From an uncultured Acetatifactor sp. (GTDB lineage: Bacteria; Bacillota; Clostridia; Lachnospirales; Lachnospiraceae), in the NCBI GenBank assembly GCA_947586055.1, contig CANPXL010000012.1, positions 774 through 64,773 on the forward strand: a DNA stretch of 64,000 bases, in the 5' to 3' direction. The notes under the pieces were generated by a model. That model made no database searches, was not told where the DNA came from, and saw nothing but the letters and a program-made list of their open reading frames with translations. This document shows, piece after piece, positions 37,895-47,167 of the stretch. Each line of letters opens with the position of its first letter. Positions within the stretch are counted from its first letter, which is position 1. Made by a program: the position numbers and the translations under genes.

Positions 37895-40123
37895 CTACAG
37901 GATGTTCATGGGATCAAAGTCAAACTGCACTGTCTCCGGTCTCTGCCATTCCTTCAGTTTCCGTTCCGCTTCGTCCTTTATCTTTATCAGTGTATCATAT
38001 TCCGCGCATTTCACATAGAAAACAAATCTGAAAATATCATTAATTTTTTCGATGGACGCCGGCGCCGGGCCGATCAGGCTTATGTCCCGCCCCCAGCCTG
38101 CCGCCGTCTCATGAGAAAGAAGCCTGGCAAGCCGCTCGCCGCCCTCCTCCGACTTTGAGAAAACCTGAACCGCCAGCAAATGGGAGACCGGGGGATATCC
38201 CATCATCTCCCGGTAAAGGATCTCTTCTTCGTAAAACCCCTCGTAGTCCTGCGCCGCGGCGTGAACCACGGCGTAATGCTCCGGCTGATAGGTCTGGATC
38301 ACCGCCGCCCCGGGAAGCGTCCCCCTTCCCGCCCTTCCCACCGCCTGTGTCAGGAGCTGAAAGGTCCGCTCCCCCGCCCGGTAGTCCCCGGCGCTCAGGG
38401 AGAGATCCGCCGCCAGAACGCCGACCAGCGTCACGTTCGGGAAATCGTGCCCCTTTACGATCATCTGGGTGCCGATGAGCACGTCGGCTTCCTGATTGGC
38501 AAAAGCGGAAAGGATCTGACGGTAGCTGTCCTTCGTCCTGGTCGTGTCGCTGTCCATGCGCAGGCAGCGCACGCCGGGAAACCGTTCCCGCAGTCTCTCT
38601 TCGATCTGCTGGGTGCCCGCCCGAAAGCCGCTGATGTATCCGGAACCGCATTCCGGACATACGGACGGCTTCGGCTCGCTGTATCCGCAGTAATGACATA
38701 AAAGCTTTCCTCCTCTGTGTTCCGACAGGGACACGTCGCAGTGTGGGCACTTCATCACATGTCCGCAGGCGCGGCAGGACACAAACCCCGCGTACCCCCG
38801 GCGGTTCAGAAACAGGATGCTCTGCTCCCCCTTCGCAAGGCGATCCTCCAGAAGCTCCTGCAGCCGTCTGCTGAAGATGGAGCGGTTTCCCTCCTTTAAC
38901 TCCCGTCTCATATCCACGATATCCGTCTTCGGGAGTTCCCCGCCCGTCAGGCGCTCTTTCAGGGTAAAAAGTCTGTATTCTCCCTTTTTTGCCCGGTAGT
39001 ACGCTTCCAGAGACGGCGTTGCCGAGCCCAGCACCACCGCCGCTCCGTGCAGCCTCGCCACCTCCAGAGCCGTCTCCCTTGCGTGATACTTGGGGGAAGC
39101 TTCGCTTTTATAGCTGCTCTCATGTTCCTCGTCCATCACGATCACGCCGATGTTCGGAAACGGCGTAAACAGCGCCGACCTCGGGCCGATGATGACGTCG
39201 ATCCCGCCCTGCTTCGCCCGCTGGCACTGGTCGTATTTTTCCCCGGGAGACAGCATGGAATTCATCACGCTGACCCTGTCCCCGAACCGGCGGTAAAACC
39301 GCAGCAGCGTCTGATAGGTCAGCGCGATCTCCGGAATCAGCACTATCGCCTGCCTGCCGCGCCTGACCACGTTTTCTATGATCTCCAGATACACTTCCGT
39401 CTTTCCGCTCCCCGTGATGCCGTGGAGCAGATAGACGCCCGGCCGCCCCGCGTCGATGTCGGAGAGCACCGCGTCCGCCGCGGCCCTCTGGGCCGGACTC
39501 AGTTCCTTGCCGGGCTCCGGGGCCGTCTCCAGACTGACAGGGTTTCGCAGCTGCTCCCTGCTCACCGTCCGCAGGACTCCCGCCCGCTCCAGACTCTCCA
39601 CCGTCCGGGCGGAGACGCCAAGCCTGCCCGTGACCCATTCGCAGGGAATGCAGGGCTGATCCGCCAGCTCCCGGAGCAGCCGCGCCTTCGCCACCTGCTT
39701 CTTTCTCTGGCTCTCCCCGAGAAGCGAGAGGATCTCTTCTCTGCTCATCAGGCGCTCCAGCGTTTTATGCTCCAGCCCTTTCACGGAATGCTTTGCCGGC
39801 AGCACCGTCTTCAGCGCCTGTATCATGGTGGAACCGTAATTTTTCCGGATCCAGGCCGCGAGGGCGACCATCTTTTCCTCCACGCTGACGCCCTTCCCGG
39901 ACAGGTCAAGGATGCTCTTCATCCTCCCGGGGTCGAATTTGCACACCTCCCCCAGCCCGACCACATACCCCTGCAGCGGCCTGTTCCCGTTTCCGAACGG
40001 CACCGTGACGCACATTCCCATCTCAAGCTTTCCCTTAAGGCGCTCCGGCACCCGGTACTGAAAGGGCCTATCCAGTTTTTCGTGAGTGATATCCACGATC
40101 ACATCAGCATACAGTTCCCCCAC
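37895..40123 (-). CDS. priA: primosomal protein N'
   Basis: GITGSGKTEVY, DEEH, CRACG/CPHC/CHYC/CPEC zinc motifs, KGHDFP, QAVGRAGR. Confidence 0.97.
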   Translation of the reverse strand: MGELYADVIVDITHEKLDRPFQYRVPERLKGKLEMGMCVTVPFGNGNRPLQGYVVGLGEVCKFDPGRMKSILDLSGKGVSVEEKMVALAAWIRKNYGSTMIQALKTVLPAKHSVKGLEHKTLERLMSREEILSLLGESQRKKQVAKARLLRELADQPCIPCEWVTGRLGVSARTVESLERAGVLRTVSREQLRNPVSLETAPEPGKELSPAQRAAADAVLSDIDAGRPGVYLLHGITGSGKTEVYLEIIENVVRRGRQAIVLIPEIALTYQTLLRFYRRFGDRVSVMNSMLSPGEKYDQCQRAKQGGIDVIIGPRSALFTPFPNIGVIVMDEEHESSYKSEASPKYHARETALEVARLHGAAVVLGSATPSLEAYYRAKKGEYRLFTLKERLTGGELPKTDIVDMRRELKEGNRSIFSRRLQELLEDRLAKGEQSILFLNRRGYAGFVSCRACGHVMKCPHCDVSLSEHRGGKLLCHYCGYSEPKPSVCPECGSGYISGFRAGTQQIEERLRERFPGVRCLRMDSDTTRTKDSYRQILSAFANQEADVLIGTQMIVKGHDFPNVTLVGVLAADLSLSAGDYRAGERTFQLLTQAVGRAGRGTLPGAAVIQTYQPEHYAVVHAAAQDYEGFYEEEILYREMMGYPPVSHLLAVQVFSKSEEGGERLARLLSHETAAGWGRDISLIGPAPASIEKINDIFRFVFYVKCAEYDTLIKIKDEAERKLKEWQRPETVQFDFDPMNIL

Positions 40124-41588
40124 CGCATCCTTCCTCCAGAAGTTCCTTTATCAGCACGCGTTCGTCCATGGGGTGCTTTACCCCCTTAATCTCCTGATAA
40201 TCCTCATGGCCCTTGCCCGCCAGCACAATAATGTCGCCCTCCCGGCCGTGGGAGATGGCGTAGCGGATGGCCTCCTTCCGGTCGCAGATCTCAACATACT
40301 TTCCGTCCGTCTTTTCCATTCCCGTCCTGATATCGTCCATAATGGCCTGTGGTTCCTCGAATCTGGGATTGTCGGAGGTGATGATCGTCAGATCCGCCAG
40401 CCTACCGCTGACCTCTCCCATCTCAAAGCGCCGCTGCCGGGAACGGTTTCCCCCGCACCCGAACAGGCACACCAGCCGTTTCGGCTCGTACTCCCGCAGG
40501 GTGCTCAAAAGGCTTTCCAGCGCCATGGCGTTATGGGCGTAGTCGATGAGCAGCGTAAAACGGTCCGAAACCTTCACCATCTCGATCCGTCCCTTTACTT
40601 TCGCCGTCAGAAGCGCCTTCTTGATATCCTCTTCCCGGATCCGGAAATGGCGGCAGATGGCGATAGCGGCCAGCGCGTTATAGACGCTGAATCTGCCGGG
40701 CGCCTGTATCTGCGCGTCGAACTCCATCAGGCCGCAGACATGAAAGCGGGTTCCCAGCTCCCCGGGGTTATGGACCAGCGCCAGATCCCTCGCCCGAAGC
40801 ATACAGTCTTCTCCGAGCCCGAAGGTCTCAAGACTGCAGGTACAGCCTTCCGTCACCTGTCTCCAGTGGCTGTCGTCGCCGTTGACGATGCCGATCCGGC
40901 ACTGTCGAAACAGCCGCGCCTTGCAGGACAGATACTCTTCAAAGCTTGCGTGTTCGCCGGGAGCGATATGGTCAGGCTCCAGATTGGTAAACACGCCGTA
41001 GTCGAAGACGAAGCCCTGAGTCCTGTGCAGCATCAGCGCCTGGGAGGACACCTCCATGACGACGACCTCCAGCCCCTGTTCCACCATCTTCGCAAAATAT
41101 TCCTGCAGCAGCCAGGACTCCGGCGTGGTATTTTCGGCATGGAGATGCGTCTCGCCGATGATCACCCCGATGCTCCCCACAAGTCCCACCTTGTATCCTG
41201 CGTTTTCCAGAATGGATTTTACGAGGTAGGTGCTCGTCGTCTTTCCCTTTGTGCCTGTGATGCCGATGGTCTTCAGCTTTTCCGCGGGATGGCCGAACCA
41301 GGCCGCGGCGATAAACGCCATCGCGTAACGGGTATCCTCCACCCGGATCACCGTGACGCCGCAGCCCTCCGGCAGATCCACCTGCTCGGAGACCAAAAGC
41401 GCCTTCGCCCCCGCAGCCACCGCGTCCGCCGCAAAGGCATGGCCGTCGAATTTCGCTCCTTTGATACAGATAAACAGGCAGCCTTCCGTCACCTTCCGGG
41501 AATCATAGGCCACCGCGGACACCTCCGTATCCACCGTCCCGCTGACACAGGTAAATTTCAGATCCGTCAGCAATTCCTCCAGCTTCAT
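40104..41588 (-). CDS. murE: UDP-MurNAc-dipeptide:meso-DAP ligase
   Basis: ITGTKGKTTS, TTPES, MEVSSQ, DYAHN, DNPR (DAP-specificity motif), LAGKGHE; start moved to ATG 41588. Confidence 0.93.
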   Translation of the reverse strand: MKLEELLTDLKFTCVSGTVDTEVSAVAYDSRKVTEGCLFICIKGAKFDGHAFAADAVAAGAKALLVSEQVDLPEGCGVTVIRVEDTRYAMAFIAAAWFGHPAEKLKTIGITGTKGKTTSTYLVKSILENAGYKVGLVGSIGVIIGETHLHAENTTPESWLLQEYFAKMVEQGLEVVVMEVSSQALMLHRTQGFVFDYGVFTNLEPDHIAPGEHASFEEYLSCKARLFRQCRIGIVNGDDSHWRQVTEGCTCSLETFGLGEDCMLRARDLALVHNPGELGTRFHVCGLMEFDAQIQAPGRFSVYNALAAIAICRHFRIREEDIKKALLTAKVKGRIEMVKVSDRFTLLIDYAHNAMALESLLSTLREYEPKRLVCLFGCGGNRSRQRRFEMGEVSGRLADLTIITSDNPRFEEPQAIMDDIRTGMEKTDGKYVEICDRKEAIRYAISHGREGDIIVLAGKGHEDYQEIKGVKHPMDERVLIKELLEEGCGGGTVC

Positions 41589-41725
41589 ATTTTGTCCTGT
41601 CCTTTCCGTGAACCGCGCGGGCTCTTCTCTCCCCGCCGCTGCCGCGGCCACAATCAATATGTTTTATTTTACTCTATATTTGAAAATTCTACCACCCCAA
41701 AATGGAAAAACGCCATAAACAAAGC

Positions 41726-41759
41726 AACAGTTCAGCCGGCGGCCGCCGGCTGAACTGTT
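41726..41759. repeat. perfect 34-bp loopless palindrome, member of the CAGTTCAGC family
   Basis: AACAGTTCAGCCGGCGG|CCGCCGGCTGAACTGTT; shares CAGTTCAGCCGGC with 14832-14844. Confidence 0.9.
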
Positions 41760-41764
41760 TCCGA

Positions 41765-41875
41765 CAAACAGAAAGCCCCGGCTCTCGCCGGGGCTTTCCT
41801 TCTTATGAGGGGGGAGATAGTGAGTTCATCAACTATCTGTAATTCACTATAAAGGCAATTTGTGTCCAAAGTGTG
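41765..41875 (-). ncRNA. candidate small RNA
   Basis: Two TATAAT hexamers (41881-41886, 41892-41897) upstream, no sizeable ORF, C-rich UCUCCCCCCUCAU stretch, ends in the 41771-41798 terminator. Confidence 0.45.
41771..41798. terminator. intrinsic terminator
   Basis: 12-bp perfect stem GAAAGCCCCGGC / GCCGGGGCTTTC with 4-nt loop. Confidence 0.8.
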
Positions 41876-41922
41876 TTTAAATTATAACTAAATTATAAAA
41901 TAACACAAAAAAACACCTGTTT

Positions 41923-42828
41923 TTATGCCAAAAGGTCAAAATACGTTTTCATGGGAATACTGCCGTTTTCTTTTGTGGTGGCGTTCGCCGCGGACATCGC
42001 GGCAGCCCTGGCCAGCGCCGTCTCGGGATCCTCCCTCTCCAGTTCGCTCATGCAGAGCGACGCCACCACCGTGTCGCCGCAGCCCACCGTGTTCACCGTC
42101 CGGACCGAATGCGCCGCATGAAAGTACGCCCGCTCTCCTTCCACCCAGACAAGCCCCTCTTTCCCAAGAGACACCACCACCCGGCCCACGCCCGCCGCAA
42201 GCAGCCGTCCGGCCTCTTTCACGATCTCATCCCGGCTCTCCAGACTCTTTCCCGCCAGATACTCCAGCTCCCGGCGGTTCGGCTTTACGATGTCAGGGCC
42301 CGCCGCGATCCCCTTTTTCAACGCTTCCCCGGACGCGTCCAGGATCACCCTGCAGCCCGCCAAATGACAGAGCTCCACCAGCTTTCCGTAGAAATCGTCG
42401 CAGACTCCCGCGGGAAGACTCCCGGACAGCACCGTCAGCTCGCACCGTTCCAGACACCCCGTAAACTGCCTCAGAAAGTTTCCCAGCTCCTTTTGGGTCA
42501 CCGCGGGCCCCGGCTCCAGAAGCTCCGTGACTCTGCCGTCTTCCTCCAGCACGTTGGTATTCGTTCTCGTCTCGCCCGCAATCTCCGTAAAATGGCACTC
42601 CACGCCCAGCTTTTCCAGCGTCTCTTCGATCAGCGTTCCCCCGGCGCCCCCCAGGAATCCCGCTGCCGCCACGGGAATATGAAACTGCCGCAGCACCCTG
42701 GTCACATTGACCGCCTTTCCTCCCGCCACGCTCTCCGCAGCGTCCATCCTGTTGACCTCTCCCGGCGCAAGCCGTTTCAGCCGGCATGTCCTGTCCACCG
42801 CCGGATTTAAACTCACCGTCAGAATCAT
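41923..42828 (-). CDS. 1-phosphofructokinase family hexose kinase (PfkB)
   Basis: LNPAVD, GGKAVNV, LSGSLP, KPNRREL, NTVGCGD. Confidence 0.92.
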   Translation of the reverse strand: MILTVSLNPAVDRTCRLKRLAPGEVNRMDAAESVAGGKAVNVTRVLRQFHIPVAAAGFLGGAGGTLIEETLEKLGVECHFTEIAGETRTNTNVLEEDGRVTELLEPGPAVTQKELGNFLRQFTGCLERCELTVLSGSLPAGVCDDFYGKLVELCHLAGCRVILDASGEALKKGIAAGPDIVKPNRRELEYLAGKSLESRDEIVKEAGRLLAAGVGRVVVSLGKEGLVWVEGERAYFHAAHSVRTVNTVGCGDTVVASLCMSELEREDPETALARAAAMSAANATTKENGSIPMKTYFDLLA

Positions 42829-42855
42829 CTTTCTCTCCTTTTCCGCGCCCGTTTC

Positions 42856-44622
42856 TCAGCAGTAATGCTGCATGATATACTGTACTTCCGTCTTTCCGCG
42901 GTAGGTATTCTTTCCCAGCTGATACGCCACCGAAACCGGGAAATGCGCCGTTCCCCGGTATAGAGCCTCCGCGCTGCCCGGCCCGAACTTTTCGTTCAGG
43001 AAGGTATCAAACGCATCGGGCTCTCCGAAAAAGACGAGCTGTCTTGACGCCCCGGCGGGCGTCCGAACCCGATATCTGGCCCACCTGCCCTTTTCCCCCA
43101 TCCGGTACCCGGCAAGAAAGATCAGATCCTTCTGGGCAAACAGCGGCTTGGGATTTCCCGTGCCGAAGGGCTCCAGCAGCTCCATTTCATCCGCGATGTC
43201 CTCCCCGGCGCAGTCCAGCGGCATGGGCACGTCGATATGCACCCTCGGCGCCAGATCTTCCTCCGTCAGCCCGCATCCGTCGTTCAGCGCCCTGCGCAGA
43301 GGCTCGATGTCTTCCTCCTGCATGGAGAGCCCCGCCGCCATGGCGTGTCCCCCGAATTTGGTAAAAAGATGCTTTACCTGTGTCATGGCCCGGTACATGT
43401 GATACCCCTCCACAGAGCGCCCGGAGCCCTTCACGCCTTCCTCGCCCCGGGTCAGGAGGAAGACGGGCCGGTAATAGCGTTCCCGGATCCTTCCGGCGAT
43501 AATGCCCGCCAGACTCTCATGCACCTGCGGCAGAAAGATCACCATGACCTTGTCACCGGCAATATCGTGTTCCGCGATATATTGTTCCGCCAGCTCCACT
43601 CCCTGCGCGGTCAGATTTTTCCTGCTGTCGTTCAGCTCCCTGAGCTCTTCCGCCGCGCTCATGGCTTCCGCCCGGGAGCCGCTCATAAGAAGCTCCAGCG
43701 CCCGCGCCGCCGTATCCAGCCGGCCGGTGGCGTTGAGGCACGGGCCGATCACAAACCCCAGATGATAGGCGCCAAGCCGGTCCGTCTTTAAGTCGTTTAC
43801 CGCCATCAGCGCCCTCAGACCCGGATTTTTTGTATCTTTCAGTCTCCGGATGCCTTCCTTTACAAGAATCCTGTTCTCATCCTTCAGCTCCATAACGTCG
43901 CAGACCGTGGAAAGCGCCACCAGCTCGAGGAACTCGTCCAGCGCCTGATCAAGCGCCTGGCTCCCGCTTTTCTCCGCCAGCGCCAGAATCAGCTTATAGG
44001 CCACCGTCGCGCCGCAGATCCCCGGGAAGGGATAGTCGCATTCCTCCCGCTTCGGATCGATGACGGCCAGCGCGGGGGGAAGGATTTCCCGGCGTTTTCC
44101 GTCCTCGTCCGTCTCAAAGGGCACCTCGTGATGATCCGTGACCACCACCCGGATTCCAAGCTCCCCCGCCAACGCAATCTGGGGCGCCGCCGCAATCCCG
44201 TTGTCACAGGTAACGATCATTCCCACCCCGTCGTCGGCCGCCTCCCGGATCAGGTGCTCGTTCAGTCCGTAGCCGTCGTGAATCCGGTGGGGAATGGCCG
44301 TATCCGCCGACGCTCCCAAAAGCCGGAATCCCCTTGTGAGAATATAGGAGGAACAGATCCCGTCCACGTCGTAATCCCCTATGATCCGGATCTTTTCCCC
44401 CTGCCGCAGCGCCTGAAGGATCTGGTCCACCGCCCGGTCCATATCCTTCAGAAGCCAGGGTGAATAACATTCCTTCAGCGTCCCGTGAAGGAACCGCTCC
44501 ACCTGCGCCTCTTCCGTCAGATCCCTGTTGCGCAGGATTCTGGCCAGCACGGGGCTGATGTGGAACTCTTTTGCCCATCTGTCAAAATCCGCCTTTTTTG
44601 CCGCTACAAACCACTTTTCCAT
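42856..44622 (-). CDS. recJ: single-stranded DNA exonuclease RecJ
   Basis: GDYDVDG, DGYGLN, VTDHHE (DHH), NATGRL, GSGRS, GGHAMAAG; start moved to ATG 44622. Confidence 0.96.
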   Translation of the reverse strand: MEKWFVAAKKADFDRWAKEFHISPVLARILRNRDLTEEAQVERFLHGTLKECYSPWLLKDMDRAVDQILQALRQGEKIRIIGDYDVDGICSSYILTRGFRLLGASADTAIPHRIHDGYGLNEHLIREAADDGVGMIVTCDNGIAAAPQIALAGELGIRVVVTDHHEVPFETDEDGKRREILPPALAVIDPKREECDYPFPGICGATVAYKLILALAEKSGSQALDQALDEFLELVALSTVCDVMELKDENRILVKEGIRRLKDTKNPGLRALMAVNDLKTDRLGAYHLGFVIGPCLNATGRLDTAARALELLMSGSRAEAMSAAEELRELNDSRKNLTAQGVELAEQYIAEHDIAGDKVMVIFLPQVHESLAGIIAGRIRERYYRPVFLLTRGEEGVKGSGRSVEGYHMYRAMTQVKHLFTKFGGHAMAAGLSMQEEDIEPLRRALNDGCGLTEEDLAPRVHIDVPMPLDCAGEDIADEMELLEPFGTGNPKPLFAQKDLIFLAGYRMGEKGRWARYRVRTPAGASRQLVFFGEPDAFDTFLNEKFGPGSAEALYRGTAHFPVSVAYQLGKNTYRGKTEVQYIMQHYC

Positions 44623-44726
44623 CCCGTTTTCCGTCCTGCTTTTCCCTGCCTGTTCCATGGCCGAGTATGATGAAAACAGAGCGTCCCGTGCGGGACGCTC
44701 TGTCCAAACGTTTCTCACCCTTCCGA

Positions 44727-46667
44727 TCAGGGCTGTAACTGCCCCGTGAAGCTGTACTGATAAACAATGGTATTCTGATAAGACCCGTTGCTCGTGCTCA
44801 CAGGATTGCCAAACACATCGTACTCATATACCGTCTGGGAGACCTGGTTGTCGTTCTCATCGTAGACCGTCTCCCGAATCTTGTTCCCCGCGTCGTCATA
44901 TTCGTACACGGTCCTTCCCGCGGATTCGGACCAGTAACCGTACTGTTCGACGCTGCGATAGCTGTACTCCGTCAGATTGCCGCCTGCGTCATACTGTCGG
45001 CTCCAATCCGTAGTGCTGTACGCATCCGTGTCGGATCCCTGAATCTCGTTCCCGGCGGCGTCATACCAGACCTCCGACGCAGCCTCCCACAGATCGGATA
45101 ACTGGTACCTGTTCATGATCCTGTGTGTCTTGTTTCCCGCATCGTCATATTCGTACTCATACACCTCCGAAGAGATGACGTCGTTCTCGTCCCGGCCGAA
45201 ACTATATTTTGCGATCAGATCTCCCCTGTCGTTATAAAAGGCGGTCCACCACTCGTAGATCTGCCAGGGGTCTCCGCTTTTGCTACTGGTTACATGCCCC
45301 TTATCGTCATAACTCATTTCCTGAAAATAGATAATCTGCCCCCGCTCGTCGTACTCTGTATATCTTATCATATTTCCGGCGGCGTCATACTGCATCGTCT
45401 CCTGCAGAGCGGCGCTTCCTGAGTCGTAGTAAGTCCGGGAAGCGGTCTTCCTGCCGGCGGCGTCGTACTCATTCTCCACCCTGGAGTATACTTCACCGTT
45501 GTCGTAATAGCTGATACACTGAACTTCGTTGCCGTTTCCGTCGTACTGGCTCTCTGTATACAGCTGTCCGTTCATATAGATGGACGCCGTGATCAGAACC
45601 GTATTGTCGATCAGATTGTTTAATATTTCTCCCAGCTTTGCCGAGCCGGTGGCGCTGATCCCCTGAGAAAGGATCTCCGCCGCCAAAACACAGTCGGAGG
45701 TCTCCAGCGCATGGGAAGCTTCCGCCAGGTACACTTCCTCCTTCTTTGCCGACAGCGTCCCGTCACCCGTTTCTTCCGTGCCTTCGTCCAGCGCGTTCAG
45801 GGCGCTTTCATAATCTCCGGCCGCCACAAAAGAATCCGCCTCCGCCGCATAAATCTCCACGTACTTCTGACCAAACCCGGAATCCCCGCACGCCTTCTCT
45901 CCCTTTATTGCCAGCTTCTTCGCCCTGGCAAAATCACCTGCCGCGATCTCGCTGTCGATTCCCGTCAGATACGCTTCCGTCAGTTTTTCCGTCAGCGCGC
46001 TCTTCGACGCATCGTCCTGATCCGTCTTTAATCCTTTCTGCAGCAGGTCGATGGCGTCCTGATATTTGCCGTCGCCGAGAAAGATTTCCGCCGAGCGGGT
46101 ATAGGCTTCCAGAAGACTGTCGTCATAGCTCAGCGCCGTCTCATACGCTTCCAGAGCATCTTCATACTCTCCCGCTTCGTAGTCCGCATTTGCCTGTTTC
46201 AGGTTTTTGCGGCTGTTATAAAAATCGCTGGTAAAGTACAGAGCGCCGCCCGTTCCCGCTCCCGCCAGAAGCACGATCAGGATGATGGCCGCGATCAGGC
46301 CGCCTTTTTTCTTTTTCTTCTTTTGGCCTTTCGGCTCTTTGGCGGCCGGCGCGGGCTTTGCGGGCTCAACGGGCTTTACAGGCTCCGCAGCCCCTGCGGG
46401 CTCAACGGCCTTTGCAGGTTCCGCTGCCTTTGCAGGCTCCGCGGCCTTTATAGGTTCCACGGCCTTTGCAGGCTCCGCGGGCTTTACAGGTTCCACAGCC
46501 TTTGCGGGCTCAACGGCCTTTGCAGCTTCCGCTGCCTTTGCAGGCTCAACGGGCTTTACAGTTTCCACGGGCTTTGCGGGTTCCGCTGGCTTTCTGACCG
46601 GCGCGCCGCAGTTTGTACAGAACGCCGCTTCTTCCTTCAGTTCCTTGCCGCACTTCGCACAGAACAT
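44727..46667 (-). CDS. zinc ribbon - Pro/Ala repeat - TM - TPR-like - YD-repeat membrane protein
   Basis: MFCAKCG...FCTNCG; hexapeptide repeats; KKKKKK + TM; helical repeats; about nine YDxxGN-type repeats. Confidence 0.8.
   Translation of the reverse strand: MFCAKCGKELKEEAAFCTNCGAPVRKPAEPAKPVETVKPVEPAKAAEAAKAVEPAKAVEPVKPAEPAKAVEPIKAAEPAKAAEPAKAVEPAGAAEPVKPVEPAKPAPAAKEPKGQKKKKKKGGLIAAIILIVLLAGAGTGGALYFTSDFYNSRKNLKQANADYEAGEYEDALEAYETALSYDDSLLEAYTRSAEIFLGDGKYQDAIDLLQKGLKTDQDDASKSALTEKLTEAYLTGIDSEIAAGDFARAKKLAIKGEKACGDSGFGQKYVEIYAAEADSFVAAGDYESALNALDEGTEETGDGTLSAKKEEVYLAEASHALETSDCVLAAEILSQGISATGSAKLGEILNNLIDNTVLITASIYMNGQLYTESQYDGNGNEVQCISYYDNGEVYSRVENEYDAAGRKTASRTYYDSGSAALQETMQYDAAGNMIRYTEYDERGQIIYFQEMSYDDKGHVTSSKSGDPWQIYEWWTAFYNDRGDLIAKYSFGRDENDVISSEVYEYEYDDAGNKTHRIMNRYQLSDLWEAASEVWYDAAGNEIQGSDTDAYSTTDWSRQYDAGGNLTEYSYRSVEQYGYWSESAGRTVYEYDDAGNKIRETVYDENDNQVSQTVYEYDVFGNPVSTSNGSYQNTIVYQYSFTGQLQP
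46338..46589 (-). repeat. ~14 degenerate 18-bp coding repeats (xxEPAK)
   Basis: PAEPAK PVETVK PVEPAK AAEAAK AVEPAK ... PAPAAK. Confidence 0.9.
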
Positions 46668-46700
46668 TTCCCTTTATCCTCCCTGTATCTTCCTGTTCCC

Positions 46701-47138
46701 TTATCCCAGCTTACAGCCGCAGGAAGTGCAGAACGCCGCTCCCTCGGCATAGACTGCGCCGCACTTGGGGCAGACATTCTGCGCCTTGTTGTCCTCGGCG
46801 AACAAAGGCTCCAGCTTCTCACCGCACTTGTTGCAGAACGCGCTGTCCAGCACAAGAATATTTCCGCACTTCTCGCATTTCCGGAGTCCCCTGATAGCCA
46901 GCTTGCGCTTTTCCTGATACTCCGTCTCCTTATCGACGGCCGCCACAGCGGTAACCATTTCCTCATAGGGCGTTCCCTTGACGCTCTCGGGCGTATTGGC
47001 CGCAAGAAAAGTCTGACCGATCTGCGTCACAAGCGCCGCCCGGTTCTGAGCCAGCTCCGCCAGCCTTCTGTCACACTCAACCTCCGCGGGATTCACATTG
47101 GAAACCGTCTGCTGATCCTTTTTCTCAAAAAATGCCAT
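46701..47138 (-). CDS. double zinc-ribbon protein
   Basis: CEKCG...FCNKCG and CPKCG...FCTSCG. Confidence 0.85.
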   Translation of the reverse strand: MAFFEKKDQQTVSNVNPAEVECDRRLAELAQNRAALVTQIGQTFLAANTPESVKGTPYEEMVTAVAAVDKETEYQEKRKLAIRGLRKCEKCGNILVLDSAFCNKCGEKLEPLFAEDNKAQNVCPKCGAVYAEGAAFCTSCGCKLG

Positions 47139-47167
47139 TTTTCTTTCCCTCTCTTTTCTTTTATTTT

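Noticed and set aside
44727-45600. Rhs polymorphic toxin
   Set aside because: Too few YD repeats, no core-terminal DPxG motif, no toxin domain or immunity gene.
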